Below, piece by piece: positions 48,980 to 62,590 of a DNA stretch of 64,000 bases. Made by a program: the position numbers and the translations under genes. The DNA lies in assembly GCA_964016885.1 (NCBI GenBank), contig OZ024763.1, positions 5,456,001-5,520,000 on the forward strand, read 5' to 3'. Position 1 is the first letter of the stretch. The number at the start of each line of letters is the position of its first letter. This DNA is from Eledone cirrhosa. Its lineage: Eukaryota. The notes under the pieces were generated by a model, which worked only from the letters and a program-made list of their open reading frames with translations, made no database searches and was not told where the DNA came from.

Positions 48980-51900
48980 CATAACTGCTAGAATCCCGGA
49001 GAACAATAGAAAAATGCTGAGTTCAGAGTTTAAAAAACAACAGAAAGAAGGGCATAAATAAATATATATCAGTGGTTTAAAACCTTCTCTGCACCATGCC
49101 CCACCTCAACATTTAAAATATGTTTATGTTCCCCTTTAATATAAAAACAATCCGAGTCTTGTGAAAGTGTTATTACTGCAATATAAAGTAGAAACCCTTT
49201 ATTTAAACAAAGCTGCGATGCAGCGATGATCAAAGCAACCCCCAAAATGTAAACAAACTTCTCGTAGATGCTGCCAGATACACGATAGCATGTGTAAACG
49301 AAGTGTAACAGGTGGTTGGGTCGTATTATATCACTTTCAAATTGACCCCTATTATATTCAAATTGTTCCCCGTGGGGTGTGCACCCCACGTTGAGAATCC
49401 CTCATAAATAAATATGTGAGTGAGTTGCTATGACTGCTATTTCTAGCAGGTTTACTGCTGTCCTGTAGACGCACAAGAAAAACCGGAAGAGGCAGCCATT
49501 AAAAAACTTTGGCTTAAAATCAGGCAAAAGTTTTTAAACAATAGAAAATTTAATGTAAACAAACCAGGGTGTTTTTGCCAAGAAAGATAACTCTTGTCTT
49601 ACTTAATGGCAAAAATCGAGACAAAAATGTTGTGTGTGTGTCTGTGTGTTATGTATACAAGATATAGACGCCATTTTGAAGCCCGTACGTGGTCGGTCGA
49701 CTTACTCGAAATAGTAGTCAAAGAGAGGAGATTTTTTTTCACCCGATACAAAAAGTAGGTTTATAAATATTAATTTTCACTATATTTTTAAGGCGGTCTC
49801 GTTGGCATATTGGTACGGTGCGTTGAGTCTGCTGAGATACTGGTCGGGGGTTCGATTCCGGCCAACGTCTACACATAGGGGGTCTTATTAAACTTTTTCA
49901 GTTTTTATACTAAGAGATAAAATAAAAACTGAAAAAGTTTAATAAGACCCCCTATGTGTAGACGTTGGCCGGAATCGAACCCACGACCAGTATCTCAGCA
50001 GACTCAACGCACCGTACCACTCGGCCAACGAGACAGCCTTAAAAATAAAGTGAAAATTAATATTTATAAACCTACTTTTTGTATCGGGTGAAAAAAAAAT
50101 CTCCTCTCTTTGACTACTATTTCGAGTAAGTCGACCGACCACGTACGGGCTTCAAAATGGCGTCTATATCTTGTATACATAACACACAGACACACACACA
50201 TTTATGTGTTATATTTAAAGTTTTTCAAAACTCAACATTGGTTTATAGTTGATTCGAACCTACAATTCGCCATCTACAGTCTTCCTGTTGACGTCTATAT
50301 CTAGTATAGTTATATATAACACACAGACACACACACATTTATGTGTTTTATTTAAAGTTTTTCAAAACTCAACATTGGTTTATAGTTGATTCGAACCTAC
50401 AATTCGCCATCTACAGTCTTCCTGTTGACGTCTATATCTAGTATAGTTATATATAACACACAGACACACACACATTTATGTGTTTTATTTAAAGTTTTTC
50501 AAAACTCAACATTGGTTTATAGTTGATTCGAACCTACAATTCGCCATCTACAGTCTTCCTGTTGACGTCTATATCTAATATAGTTACATATAACACACAG
50601 ACACACATTTATGTGTTTTATTTAAAGTTTTTCAAAACTCCTCATCGGTTTATAGTTGATTCGAACTTTCAATTGGCCATCTACAGTCTTCCTGTTGACG
50701 TGTATATCTAGTATATAAATACATAACACGCACACACATTTATGTGTTTTATTTGGTCGTCTTTGTGAGCAAGTCGACCGGTTACAGATGGGTTCCATGT
50801 TACTTACACAAGTTCATATTTCATTGAACTAACGTTGATTTCAACTTCGAATATTTGAACATACAATATGTAGTTACAGATGCTTCATAAATACAACTCC
50901 TGTCATTGCGCCATTCCTATACAAAGGTTGTGTTTGTGTGAGAAAGGGAGGTCCATGTTTATATCTAGTATAGTTATGCATTACACACAGACACACACAC
51001 AAATATGCCTTTGATTATATTAAGACATTTTCATTTTTTTTTGTTAACAGTTTAATGTTTATTGGAAACCACAACGTGATTGACAGTACTTCGAATATAT
51101 TTGATCATACAGTATGTAGTTACTTCATAACTACAAAACCTGTATACATAGGGATGCGTGAAAACGTGTGTATGTGAGATAGTTTAAAGAGGGAAATTAG
51201 TGTTTATATCTAGTATAGTGACACATAACGCACAGACACACACACGAATGTGCTTTTTAATATATTAAGACATTTTCAAACTTTCTTCTTAAACAGTTTA
51301 GTGTTTATTCGATGCCACAACGGGATTGGCAGTACTGCACTAATGTATCGTAAATTAAATTTGCCATGCGTCATTCATATATATGTATATATATATATAT
51401 AACAAAGGAGTTATGGTAAGGAACTAGATGGACCATAACGCACCAGAGTACTCAATACTTAGGGTAATAGGAGATGTGTGTTTGTAGTAGGCTAAATATA
51501 AAGTCGGACATTTATTCACCATGCCTTCCTATTTCATATTGACAACGTATAATATTAATCGGGATGATATCATAAATTTTCTACACGAACATAATGTCAT
51601 CTCTATAACTACGAATTCTGAATAAACTTGTAAATGTTAATCCATTCCAAAAGAAAGTGTAAATCTAAAGAGGAAGTGACTATTTGGCTGCTTACAAGAA
51701 ATATTGATTTCTACAATAGGCACAAGGCCAGCAATTTTGGGGGGAAGGGAAGTCGATTAAATCGATCCCAGTGCGTTACTGGTACTTTATTTTATGGACA
51801 GCTAAAAGATGAAAAGCAAAGCTAACCTCGGCGGGATTTGAACTCAGAATTTAAAGAGACGTAACTCCACGCTGCGAAGACACTAAGGGACGTAACTCTA

Positions 51901-53085
51901 AGACACTAAATACATCAGAAACTTTCAACAAAATCATAATGTAAACGTAAACCATTGAAAATATATATCTGCAGCATATGTATGATTAAAATAGATATGA
52001 GCAAATAAATTGTGAATCATTAAACTCTACTTTTGTGGCTTTATTTATATCGTGAAATGTTGTCAGACATTAAATTGTGGCTATGATTGTCTTTACATTA
52101 GAGTGTTTGATTCAAATCTTTGTGTGTGTGAGTGTTGTAGATTTGATGCTATGGAGGTCTGTTCAGCAATAATGAAACTTTAATCGTTTTTTTTTTTTAA
52201 GAACATTAACTTATTTAAAAAAATTCTTTTTAGATTATTCGTACCTCCTGAATATGGTTACTTTCGATACTGACTCCCTGCCTTGATTATTGGTTCTGGC
52301 ATTGCTGTTGTGGGCTGCTTAAATTTAATCCATAAGATCACAAGAATCTAAAAATGAAATGTTGCATACAGACAGACGTTACGTTTATCCTAGGTATTTT
52401 GACAAATGTCTCGATGTCCATTGTTTTGAAAAATAGTACAATAAAGAAATGCCATCATCTAGTAATCCTTGATAATAATCCAGTGTTGTTGCAGCCATGG
52501 TAAATGGTAAGAAAAAACAAAAATAAAAGACACATTCAGCAGTTAATGCAGTGAAAACAAACAATAAAAATATAATTACTAAATAAAAATAATTCCTTAC
52601 TTTCATTCATTTGTTTTTGTTATCGTTTTTAAATATAATTAAAATTTGTTTAATAAGTTATTTTTCATTACAATTATATACATATTATAATTATATGTCT
52701 ATTATATTATATAGGAATCAGGTTTATCAATTTACGAGAACGTCGCATCAAGTTCAAATCTTTCTCCCACACAATACTTAGGTATGGCAGATTTGAAGTT
52801 AGTAGAGATTATTGCAGATAGTCAATGTAGGTTCAAATAAACCCTAGAGCTATGAATAACAAAAGCAAGTTATAATTTAAAAGGGGTCAACATTGGGTTT
52901 TAATTATCTGGGGCTTTGATAAAACATAACTAGATTCAATTTGTCATCTTTTAAGGGTTGATTTCCTTGATTTCACAACAATCTGATCTGCCGTGCCCCT
53001 AAATATATGTGTGTGTTGTAGAATTGATGCGACAGTGATGTGCTCAGCAAATATTTCTCCCCAATTCTGTCATCACACAATCATT

Positions 53086-53140
<55 letters not shown>

Positions 53141-56100
53141 ACACATACGTGAGTAAGTGTGTGTCTGTATGATTTAAACGGACAACAACGCTATATACAT
53201 CATATCTCTGTTAACAATTAAATAATTAAATAAAAGTAATTCTACAATCCCAGCTAAAGACGGAAACACACACTACACATTATAGCAATAACCACGACAT
53301 AACAGTTTCTTGTTAAATATAGTCTATTGCAATTGTTGGTAGCACTTGAAACCCTGTCGCTCTGTCTCACTGCTGAATCATGAAGGACAGGGCCTCGGAA
53401 AATGTTGGGGGGGGGGGGGGAAGAGTAATATATCCAGGTTTGGTTCATCTCTCCGATTTACACGGTATATAAATGATGTTTACCACTGTCGAGTACTTAC
53501 CAGTCTTACTAAACACTGTCAGTTAGCTTTGTGCAGCGGTTAAAGAAAGTCGTGTTATTTTTTTCCCCTTCACATACATTTTTTATACAACAGATAACAA
53601 TACACACGAGAAAGAATCACACAGAATGTAAGTCTTTGAAAATAAAAATGTTATTACATTAGAACAAAATCCTAAATTAATATAGAACGTGGAATGAAGG
53701 AAGCAACAAAATGAATTAATTTGAGACAAGCTGGTGATTATAAGGACAAATGACTTCATCTTCAACAGTATACAATTGAAATTAGAAATTGATTGAAATG
53801 GAACCTTTACAGAGACATCTAGCAGTAATATTTGGAATATAAGACAAACCAAATTTTGAAGAAAAATGTCTGATGTGTCAATATATCAAATTTAACCTGT
53901 TTACAACAAAAGTGTCAACACCAGTAAATAAAGCGGTGTCTTAATCAAATGTAGACACACGGACGAATTACGAATAATCTAAACTTATTGTTATATTTTG
54001 GGGCAATATGAGGACAACACGACCTTCCCCGAATATAACAATATCTCTTTCAACACACGATTTCATATTTTTAAAAAAACCTTCAAAACAAATAATGCCG
54101 TTAATCTAAATTTAGTTTTATAAAAAGTAAACAATATTTGAAGAAAAACAAACAGTATTAAATGATTTGAAACAAACAGACGAAAGCAAAGACAATCACA
54201 GCCATATTTTAATGTGTGACGATAGCAGTAAACAAGGCAATGTCTTAATTAAACGTAGACACACACAAGTTACGAATAATCTAAACTTAATGTTATATTT
54301 TGGGGAGGGTCATGTTGTCCTAATATTGCGAAAAAATAGGACCTGCGAAGATTGGAAAGAAATGAAGCCTCCATACTTCGATGGATGTGTAATAGCAATA
54401 TACGCAAATGACAAAGCATTAATGAAATACGCGATAAATTAGACATAAGAGGGATCAGATGTTGTGTGCAGGAGAGGAGATTGTGTTGGTAAGGATATGT
54501 GATGCGTATAAAGGATGCCAACTGTATAAAAAGATGCAGAGTACTCAAAGTTGGTGGTAGCCATGGAGTAGGCAGGCCTAGGAAAACTTGGGATGAGGTA
54601 ATAAGAGCTGACCTTTCACAATTACACCTCACAGGACCATCACCTCTGGTGTTGTGAAGTATTACAGAAGACCCGCCCTCTATACTTAGCTGGCAACACC
54701 ATTCCCTACCATCTCTCCTCTCATAAACCTCTTTTGTACCTACGTCCCCAATTTCCCAAAGCATATTCTCTACCCCTCCCAAGTTTCCCAACTCCTCTAT
54801 AAAGTGATCCCCCACCCCTGGAGTCACACCAAAAGAGTCCAGCCCACACTGTAGTGGTCATATAGGTGTCATGACAAAAGTGAGCGTTCAGTCTACACTG
54901 TAAAGTGGTCGTGTAGGCGAGCAGCAAAACACACCCAGTACACACTGTAAAGTGGTCGTGTAGGCGAGCAGCAAAACACACCCATTACATACTGTAAAGT
55001 GGTCGTGTAGGCGAGCAGCAAAATACACCCAGTACATACTGTAAAGTGGTCGTGTAGGCGAGCAGCAAAACATACCCAGTACACACTGTAAAGTGGTCGT
55101 GTAGGCGAGCATCAAAACATACCCAGTACACACTGTAAAGTGGTCATGTAGGTGAGCAGTAAAAAACACCCAGTACACACTGTAAAGTGGTCGTGTAGGT
55201 GAGCAGTAAAAAACACCCAGTACATACTGTAAAGTGGTCATGTATGTGAGCAGTAAAAAACACCCAGTACATACTGTAAAGTGGTCATGTATGTGAGCAG
55301 TAAAAAACACCCAGTACATACTGTAAAGTGGTTGGCGTTAGGAAGGATGTCCAGTCGTAGAAACCAAGCCTAAATCAAGTCAGGTTATTTTACCTATTTA
55401 TCATTGTTTTACAATCATTTCAGAGGGTTGATCATATTGACATATTGTCTGATCTATAGCAGTTATATTACTGTATACTACCAGACTTCATATATAGGTT
55501 CGATCAGACCATCTCCTTATTTTCATTGTTAAATTAATACCTAATATCTGACTCTGTATCTAAGGAATTAACTCAGTGGAACACGGAACCTTTCTATGGA
55601 TTTCACTGGATTACTCGCCATCAGATTACATTGAGTTCTATCTACGGTACGGACCCTACCACCAGGGGTAGACCACATAAAAAAATAAATATATCTATAT
55701 ATATATATATATATATATACTATATATCGATTCATTTAATACATTATACAAGGGATATATAGTATGTCAACCGTTGTATTACTCTATATATCCACCCCAC
55801 TATATTTCAGCATGGTTGGTTCAATATTTCCCCTACCCAGGGTGGTATATGCCATGGCAGAGGACCGAATCATCTTTGGTCAACTCTCAAGTGTGTCCGA
55901 AAGATTCAAGACCCCTCTTTTAGCAACATTGGTAGCTGGATTGTTTTCAGGTCATTCCATTTCTTTTGTTCCTTTAGGGCCATATCTGTCTGTCTGTCCG
56001 ACTATTTGTTTGTCTGCTTAGATGTCCATCTGTTTGTCTCTCAGTCTATCTGATTAGCTATCTGTCTGTCTGTCTGTGTGGTTGGCTGCCTGTCTGCCTG

Positions 56101-57608
56101 CCTCTTTACACCACTACAACCTTTCTCTGTGATCTTGTGGCTCTAAGTTAAACTAATACTATCTCTCTCTCTCTATATATATATAACATTGTGATTCCAA
56201 CTTTAATACAGTCCCCCCCCCCCTTCTCTGTAACCTTGTGACCCCAACTTTAATACAACCCCCTTCTCTGTAACATTGTGACCCCAACTTTAATACAGTC
56301 CCCCCTTCTCTTTAACCTTGTGATCCCAACGTTAATACAGTCACCACCACCACCCTTCTCCGTAACCTTGTGACCCCAACTTTAATACAGCCCTCTTCTC
56401 TGTAACCTTGTGACCCCAACTTTAATACAGTTACCACCACCCCCCTTCTCTGTAACCTTGTGATGCCAACGTTAATACAGCCACCCCCCTTCTCTGTAAT
56501 CTTGTGACCCCAACTTTAATACAGCCCCTTCTCTGTAACCTTGAGACCCCAACTTTAATACAGCCCCCTTCTCTGTAACCTTGTGACCCCAACTTTAATA
56601 CAGCCCCCTTCTCTGTAACCTTGTGACCCCAACTTTAATACAGCCCCCTTCTTTGTAACCTTGTGACCCAACTTTAATACAGCCCCCTTCTCTGTAACCT
56701 TGTGACCCCAACTTTAATACAGCCCCCTTCTCTGTAACCTTGTGACCCCAACTTTAATACAGCCCCCTTCTCTGTAACCTTGTGACCCAACTTAATATCA
56801 AACTTTCTCTCTTTGTTCTACCTCACCCAAAACACCATCAATGTAGGTTTGACAGCTCTCATGTTTGATCTCACTGAACTGGTGAATATGATGTCTATAG
56901 GAACCCTTCTAGCCTACACATTTGTGGCCAAGTGTGTCATCTTACGGTGAGTATATCTATATATGTATATAGGTATATATGTATGTATGTATGGTCTCAT
57001 ATATATATATATATACATACATATACATATATCATCATCGTCCTCATCATTTTTGTGTCTGTTTTTCCACGCTTGCATGGGTTAGATGGGTACTTTTAAG
57101 CACAGCATCTCTCTACTTGTCACATTCGTACATCATTTATTCTCCGAGAGAGTAAACTAACAAGAAAATGGAACTTTAGCATCATCTGAATCATCAGCTT
57201 CCTACAATACTTTACATTTTTATCTATCTACTTATTTTGTCTCTTTTTCTCTCCTTCACTCTATCTATTTTTGTATTTTCCACTGTCGCCTCCCTTTCTT
57301 TTTGCCACTGTTACTACTGTTACTTCCGCTTTCTTATCACCTACTGCAATCACAGCAAGCAATCACAGACATTTAGTAATATAGAGATAGATTGGCTCTT
57401 AACGTCCTGTCCCACATGAAACCACATTAGCAAAATATTGCTTAAACATATAAAATAACATTATTACTGTATCACATTAATAAATATTGAAGTTTTTACT
57501 TTTATACAACAAATTTTCGCAATGATCTGTACCCTAGTAAAGATGCTATAAACATTTGAATTAACAAACCACATAAACCCCATTAGCAAGACATTCTTGA
57601 AAAGTAGA
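44854..57608 (+). repeat. ~12.75-kb tandem segmental duplication, copy 2
   Basis: Colinear with copy 1; differs mainly in VNTR copy numbers and scattered SNPs. Confidence 0.95.
55811..56946 (+). pseudogene. Second copy of the CAT/SLC7A exon pair (55811-55950, 56847-56946)
   Basis: Matches copy 1 except one synonymous att/atc change seen. Confidence 0.8.
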
Positions 57609-59955
57609 AAACAGTATTATGATAGCATGACATTAAATATTAAAGTCTTTATTCTATCACTGCAAATATTCACAATGATCTATCCACTAGTAAAGATAGT
57701 GTAAACCAGAGGTTGTCAAACTGTTTGGGCCACTACCCCGCCCCCTCACGGTCATGTAATACACTCAGCACGTCCCCAACCCTATTTACAGAGAGACTTA
57801 CCTACACACAAATTGTAAATAATATATAATAAATGAAATCGTTAATTTATATATAATAATATAATATAATATATACTATGTATAAATAGATATTATATAT
57901 TTTATATTTTACTATATTTATATATAATATGTATCATTTGATATTTAATATACTATTATATCATATCTACCGCCACTGTAGGCCCCCAGCGTCCACTCAG
58001 ACCTTCTCAATGTCCCCACTTAGTGCCCATTTTGAGAACCTCTGCTGTAAACATTCGAATTAACAAACCTCTTTATAGATATTTTCTGACTAAATCATTA
58101 GAGGAGGTGAAGATCTTGTTTTCTCTTGTTCATTATATTTTCTTGTTTCTTTGTGTCTCTTGTTTTGTTTTCTGGAGGTTTAGATATAAAGTCAAGGCTT
58201 TCAAAGGTGAGGAAACTGAGATAAAACCAGAAGGTGATAATGGGGATTTCAAGTAAGTTGACAGATTTCTCAGATTTGTGGAATTGTTGTGGTATTTGGC
58301 GAGGTTTTTGTAGGATTTTTGTGGAATTTTTGTGGGATTTTTGTAAATCTTTCTGGATCTGCCTTGATTTTGTAGATTTTGTGGATCACAAAAATCTTGT
58401 ACAACTGTATAACAACAATAGACATACACATATTCTAATAAGTGTAATACTTGTACTTAATTCAGCCTTCTTTTCTTCCATCACTCATGAACACAGCCCC
58501 GAGGTACTTGAACTTCTCTTTCTGCTTCAGTGAAACTCCATTCACATGTAGAACATTATGATTGGTTTTTTTTTTTTTGGTTGGGGGGAGAATGATTAAA
58601 ATGCCAGACGGCTCCTAAAATATCTAAAAGCCTTGGTGACCCCAGTATGGGTTAGTATGCCCTTCACTACTCTAATGTCCATGACGGTCTGATAGGGAAG
58701 GAGTAAATGCTATATACCCCAGCCTCATTCCCATGAAAAGCTGATTAAGGAAGCACCATTCCTCTCTGCCCCCCCCCCCCCACACACACACACTTTTTCC
58801 TTGACAGCTGATGAGTCTTTAATAAAAATTGAAACTAATCAGATTGATCTTTTATTATTATTATTATCCAGAGCCATAATAAATCAAATGAAAAATATAT
58901 ATGTATATATAGAGAGAAAGAGCCATATACCTTAGAGGAAACATAGTATATTGTATATATACTAAATATATATATTCAGATAGGAATATGTACTTACGGT
59001 GGAGTCATTAGAGAGACCTTATAGCACTATTTCATATTCTGTAGAGTGTGGTTGAAAATCAATCTATGTAATCGATCATCGAAGACAAACTATCAATTAT
59101 AATTAAACCACAGGAGACTCAGAATTATCATCAGAGGTTATAGTCTCAGAATTCTAAGAGAAATATAGAATCAAAATACAATATACTTGCCAATATCCAT
59201 AGAGACTGCTAACGTAACCACCATGTTGAAGACCACATGGTGTCATCATCATCATTTTACGTCTGCTTTTCCCTGCATTCTTTCCACTAGAGATAGGTGT
59301 GGAAATTATAGTCACCCCATCTCAACAAGAGATTTGGAGCTGTTATATACAAATGTAATGATTCAAAACATCAAATATGTTAGAATGTTGTGTTTCTTGA
59401 TAAACAAGCTGAATATATATAAATCATCATCATCATCATCATCACACGTCCGTTCTTCCACGCTAGCATGGGATAGATGGGTTGTCCTGTTGTGGGCAGT
59501 GTCCGGTCGGCTGACCATGCCTTGCTCATACGGGAACTGATTCTGGCTTGATTTCTACAGCTGGATGCCCTTCAAACACCAACCTCATTTACAGTGAGTG
59601 TTGGTTGCTTTTTTTCCGTGGTGCCTATACGTCATATATATATATATAGTGGCAGACTGGGTCTAAAAATATTGGTTCGCAGGAGATAAAGGGGACCCAC
59701 CCACATATAGAATGCTATCATTTAATTTTAATAATGAATAAATAACATTTTCAAAAAATACATCAGTGAAAACAAAACATTGCAATCAAATTTTTGCAGG
59801 AAAAAAATGTGTATTTTTTACTAATTATAGTGTATATATTACTGGTACATATTACTGGTAGTATACAGCAAACCCCTCGTGTTGGATGCCACTTGCACCG
59901 ACACCTTCTGCAGCCGCAACCTGGTGTAGTCTGCGACTGACCCAGGTTCTGCTGC

Positions 59956-61445
59956 ATCATGGTTATGTTGCTTCTGAGCCTCATTAGGTAATGCATTATT
60001 CGTTACTTCTATAGATGTACAATCATGCCCTATGTAACATATTTAAAGAGGTATTTGACACTTTTTACAGAAGGGCAAACTTCAACATTAATATGTGCAC
60101 AATATTTCTTAAGCAAAAAGGCATAAAATGGAACAACATTCCTGTTATCTACTGTATGTCATCCAATTTACACTGCAGTTCCTGTCTTGCACCTCCTGTA
60201 CTCTGGGTATCCATTTAGGTTCAATAATGTTTTCCTTCTGTAGGTTTTTGGATAGTTCTTTTGGAAAAATCCATTTTGTATAAATGGGGAAAAAGGGTTT
60301 CCAGAACCACATGGCCCGTGGATCATAAACTTTTAAACCTGCTCATGTAGTACTGGATCATCTTCCAATGCAGGTATTTCTGCTGACACGATTCTGTCAA
60401 TGTCTTCTCTCTTTCTTATCTTGTCTTCATTTCTTAAGGCTCAGTGTTATCATCTGTTTAGATAATTCATTAAACCATTATACTCATCCACTCACAATTG
60501 GGCTTGATTGTTCCTCAAATATTGAAGCCTGCATCCCTCTACTTTCATATAGGCATCCACTAAATACTGCTAAAATAATTTGCCTGCCCTATATATCGCA
60601 CTAAATCCTCCTCTATATGCTATACAGTATATGTAATACTCCTGCATTGTCAGTCTATTGCAAACACAGGTCCTGCATTCCTCTCCATGTCACTATGCCA
60701 CCAAAATTCACCATTATGGGTCGGTCATGAGGTCCAAGTGGCATGAATTATGTGGTATTTTCTGAGGAGGATGGTCTTTAGGAAAGATGATAATATCTCT
60801 TTGTATAGGTGGTGTGCCCTCAATCCCCCACAAAACAACAGCTATAATTACTAGTTGGTAAATTATAGCAGCTCATATCTGATCCTCTTCTAAATCTTAA
60901 TTCACAGTTCCGTACACAACAATTTTCTCTTCTTGCTCTTTGCTGTTTGATGCCATGCATTGTATTATACACTTCGACATATGGATTACATTCATGCAAC
61001 ACCTCTCTTATCATAGTCATTTTTTGTGGTGAGCCGTCATTATTTGTTGGTACTAGGGCGGTGGATTGGCAGTATCAGTAGAGTGTCAGACACCATGCTT
61101 TGCAGCATACGGTTATGGCCCTTTATGTTCTGGGTTCAAATCCCTCCGAGGTTGACTTAGTTTTCATCCTTATGAGGTCGATAGAATAAAGTACCAGTAA
61201 TACACTGGAGTAATTGCTGGCCTTGTGCCAGAAACAATTATTTGGTGCTACTTCCAATCTGTGCTACACAGCTTCATTCCCATCAATAATATATAACTGG
61301 CCATATTGTAGTGTATTTTCTGCAGGTTACAGAGGTGGGGTGTAGTGATATGTTTGACCCTGAATATGAAAGCTATACGGGCCTCTGCCAGGTGGTAAGG
61401 CAAGTTTAACACCAAATGAAGTGAAAGAAATGTAGTTTTAATTGC
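59956..61445 (-). mobile_element. Decayed Helitron RepHel fragment
   Basis: FTSFG...PPGRGPYSF, LHECNPYV...YNLPTSN, NGYPEYRR...VDNRNVVPF..LLKKYCAHINVEVCPSVKSVKYLFKYV/GHD with stops and frameshifts. Confidence 0.85.
61055..61240 (+). mobile_element. tRNA-derived SINE inserted in the Helitron fragment
   Basis: gggcggtggattggcagtatc...gccttgtgccagaaacaatt. Confidence 0.85.
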
Positions 61446-61454
61446 AGATGTTTC

Positions 61455-62165
61455 TGCGGCACCAACATAACTTTACATAGAACGGGGTGGTGTGGATGGG
61501 GTGGGGGTGGTGGCGGGACGGGGTGTATTTTGTTAGAGATGCCTACTGGCAAGGCGGGTCTTCTCTGTTACTGAGTACCGCCAAAGGTCACGGTCCAGTG
61601 ACATTGTCTTGGAGAGGTGTAAGTGTGTGAGGTCGGAGTTTATCAGCTCATCCCATGTTTTTCTAGGTCTGCCTATTCCGTGGCTACCGTCTATCTTTAT
61701 TGCCCTGCACTTTGTAATACAGCTATCGACTTTCATGCGCATCACGTGTCCATACCAACGCAGCCTTCTCTCGAGTAAACAACATCTGATCCCTCTTATC
61801 TCTAATTTTTTCCTTAGTTCGTTTATGCATTGCCGTTCACGTATATTACTGTTACACATCCAGCGGAGCATGCAAGCTTCGTTCCTCTCTAGTCTGCGTA
61901 TATCCTCTGCACACAATGCCCAGGTCTCACTACCATGCAACATTGCTGTTCGTATGCAGGCATCGTACAACCTGCCTTTCATTTTTAGGGAGAACCCTTT
62001 AGCAGCTAATAGTGGTATAAGCTCTCTGAACTTTTTCCAACCAGTTCTGACTCTAGCTACAGTACTTTCAGAGCACCCTCCCCCACTGCTGATTTTATCG
62101 CCCAGGTAACGGAAGCTGTCCACTATTTCCATAGAACCCTCTGCGCAATTGAAAGAGAACAAGAC
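61455..62165 (-). mobile_element. RTE-clade LINE 3' fragment, open frame of 209 aa
   Basis: VDSFRYLGD...KGRLYDACIRTAMLHGSETW...RRLRWYGHVMRM...GRPRKTW. Confidence 0.9.
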
Positions 62166-62269
62166 TGTTATTGCTCCAACCAGTCTATTTACCTTTGATA
62201 ACTATCCTAAATATAAATACACCTATACCATACATACATATACCATATATGTTTTTGATGCCGTGGTAT

Positions 62270-62590
62270 AGCAGAGATAAGCAAGAAGAGAGAAGAAAAT
62301 GAAAAGGAGAAAAAAAGAGAAGTAAGAAGTTGGGGGAGGGACAGACACATCACCCCAGTCTAAGTGGTCCCTCAGACGCAACCCGTGGAAGAAACGTAAA
62401 AGCGTTACCTCAGAGCAAGGCCAGAGACACCTGCTACAATAGTCGCCCCTCCTCACGAGGCTTCTGCCGTATTTCCTCCCGACTTTATGGAGGAAATCAG
62501 CAGTATGGAGACCAAGTATGGCAGAAGTCTCAATGGAGTGGAAGAGGTGAGTCAGGCCTCGGTACGATCTTACTCTCCTCTGCATTGCGG
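62270..62590 (-). mobile_element. CRE-like retrotransposon 3' end with pyrimidine-rich 3' UTR
   Basis: RNAEESK...HSIETSAILGLHTADFLHKVG, continuing into a putative UTR that is absent in copies 1 and 2. Confidence 0.55.

Noticed and set aside
59957-62386. Single TE insertion specific to copy 3
   Set aside because: No TSD; composite of Helitron, SINE, RTE and CRE pieces, with CRE sequence continuous across the right edge, so deletion in copies 1 and 2 fits better
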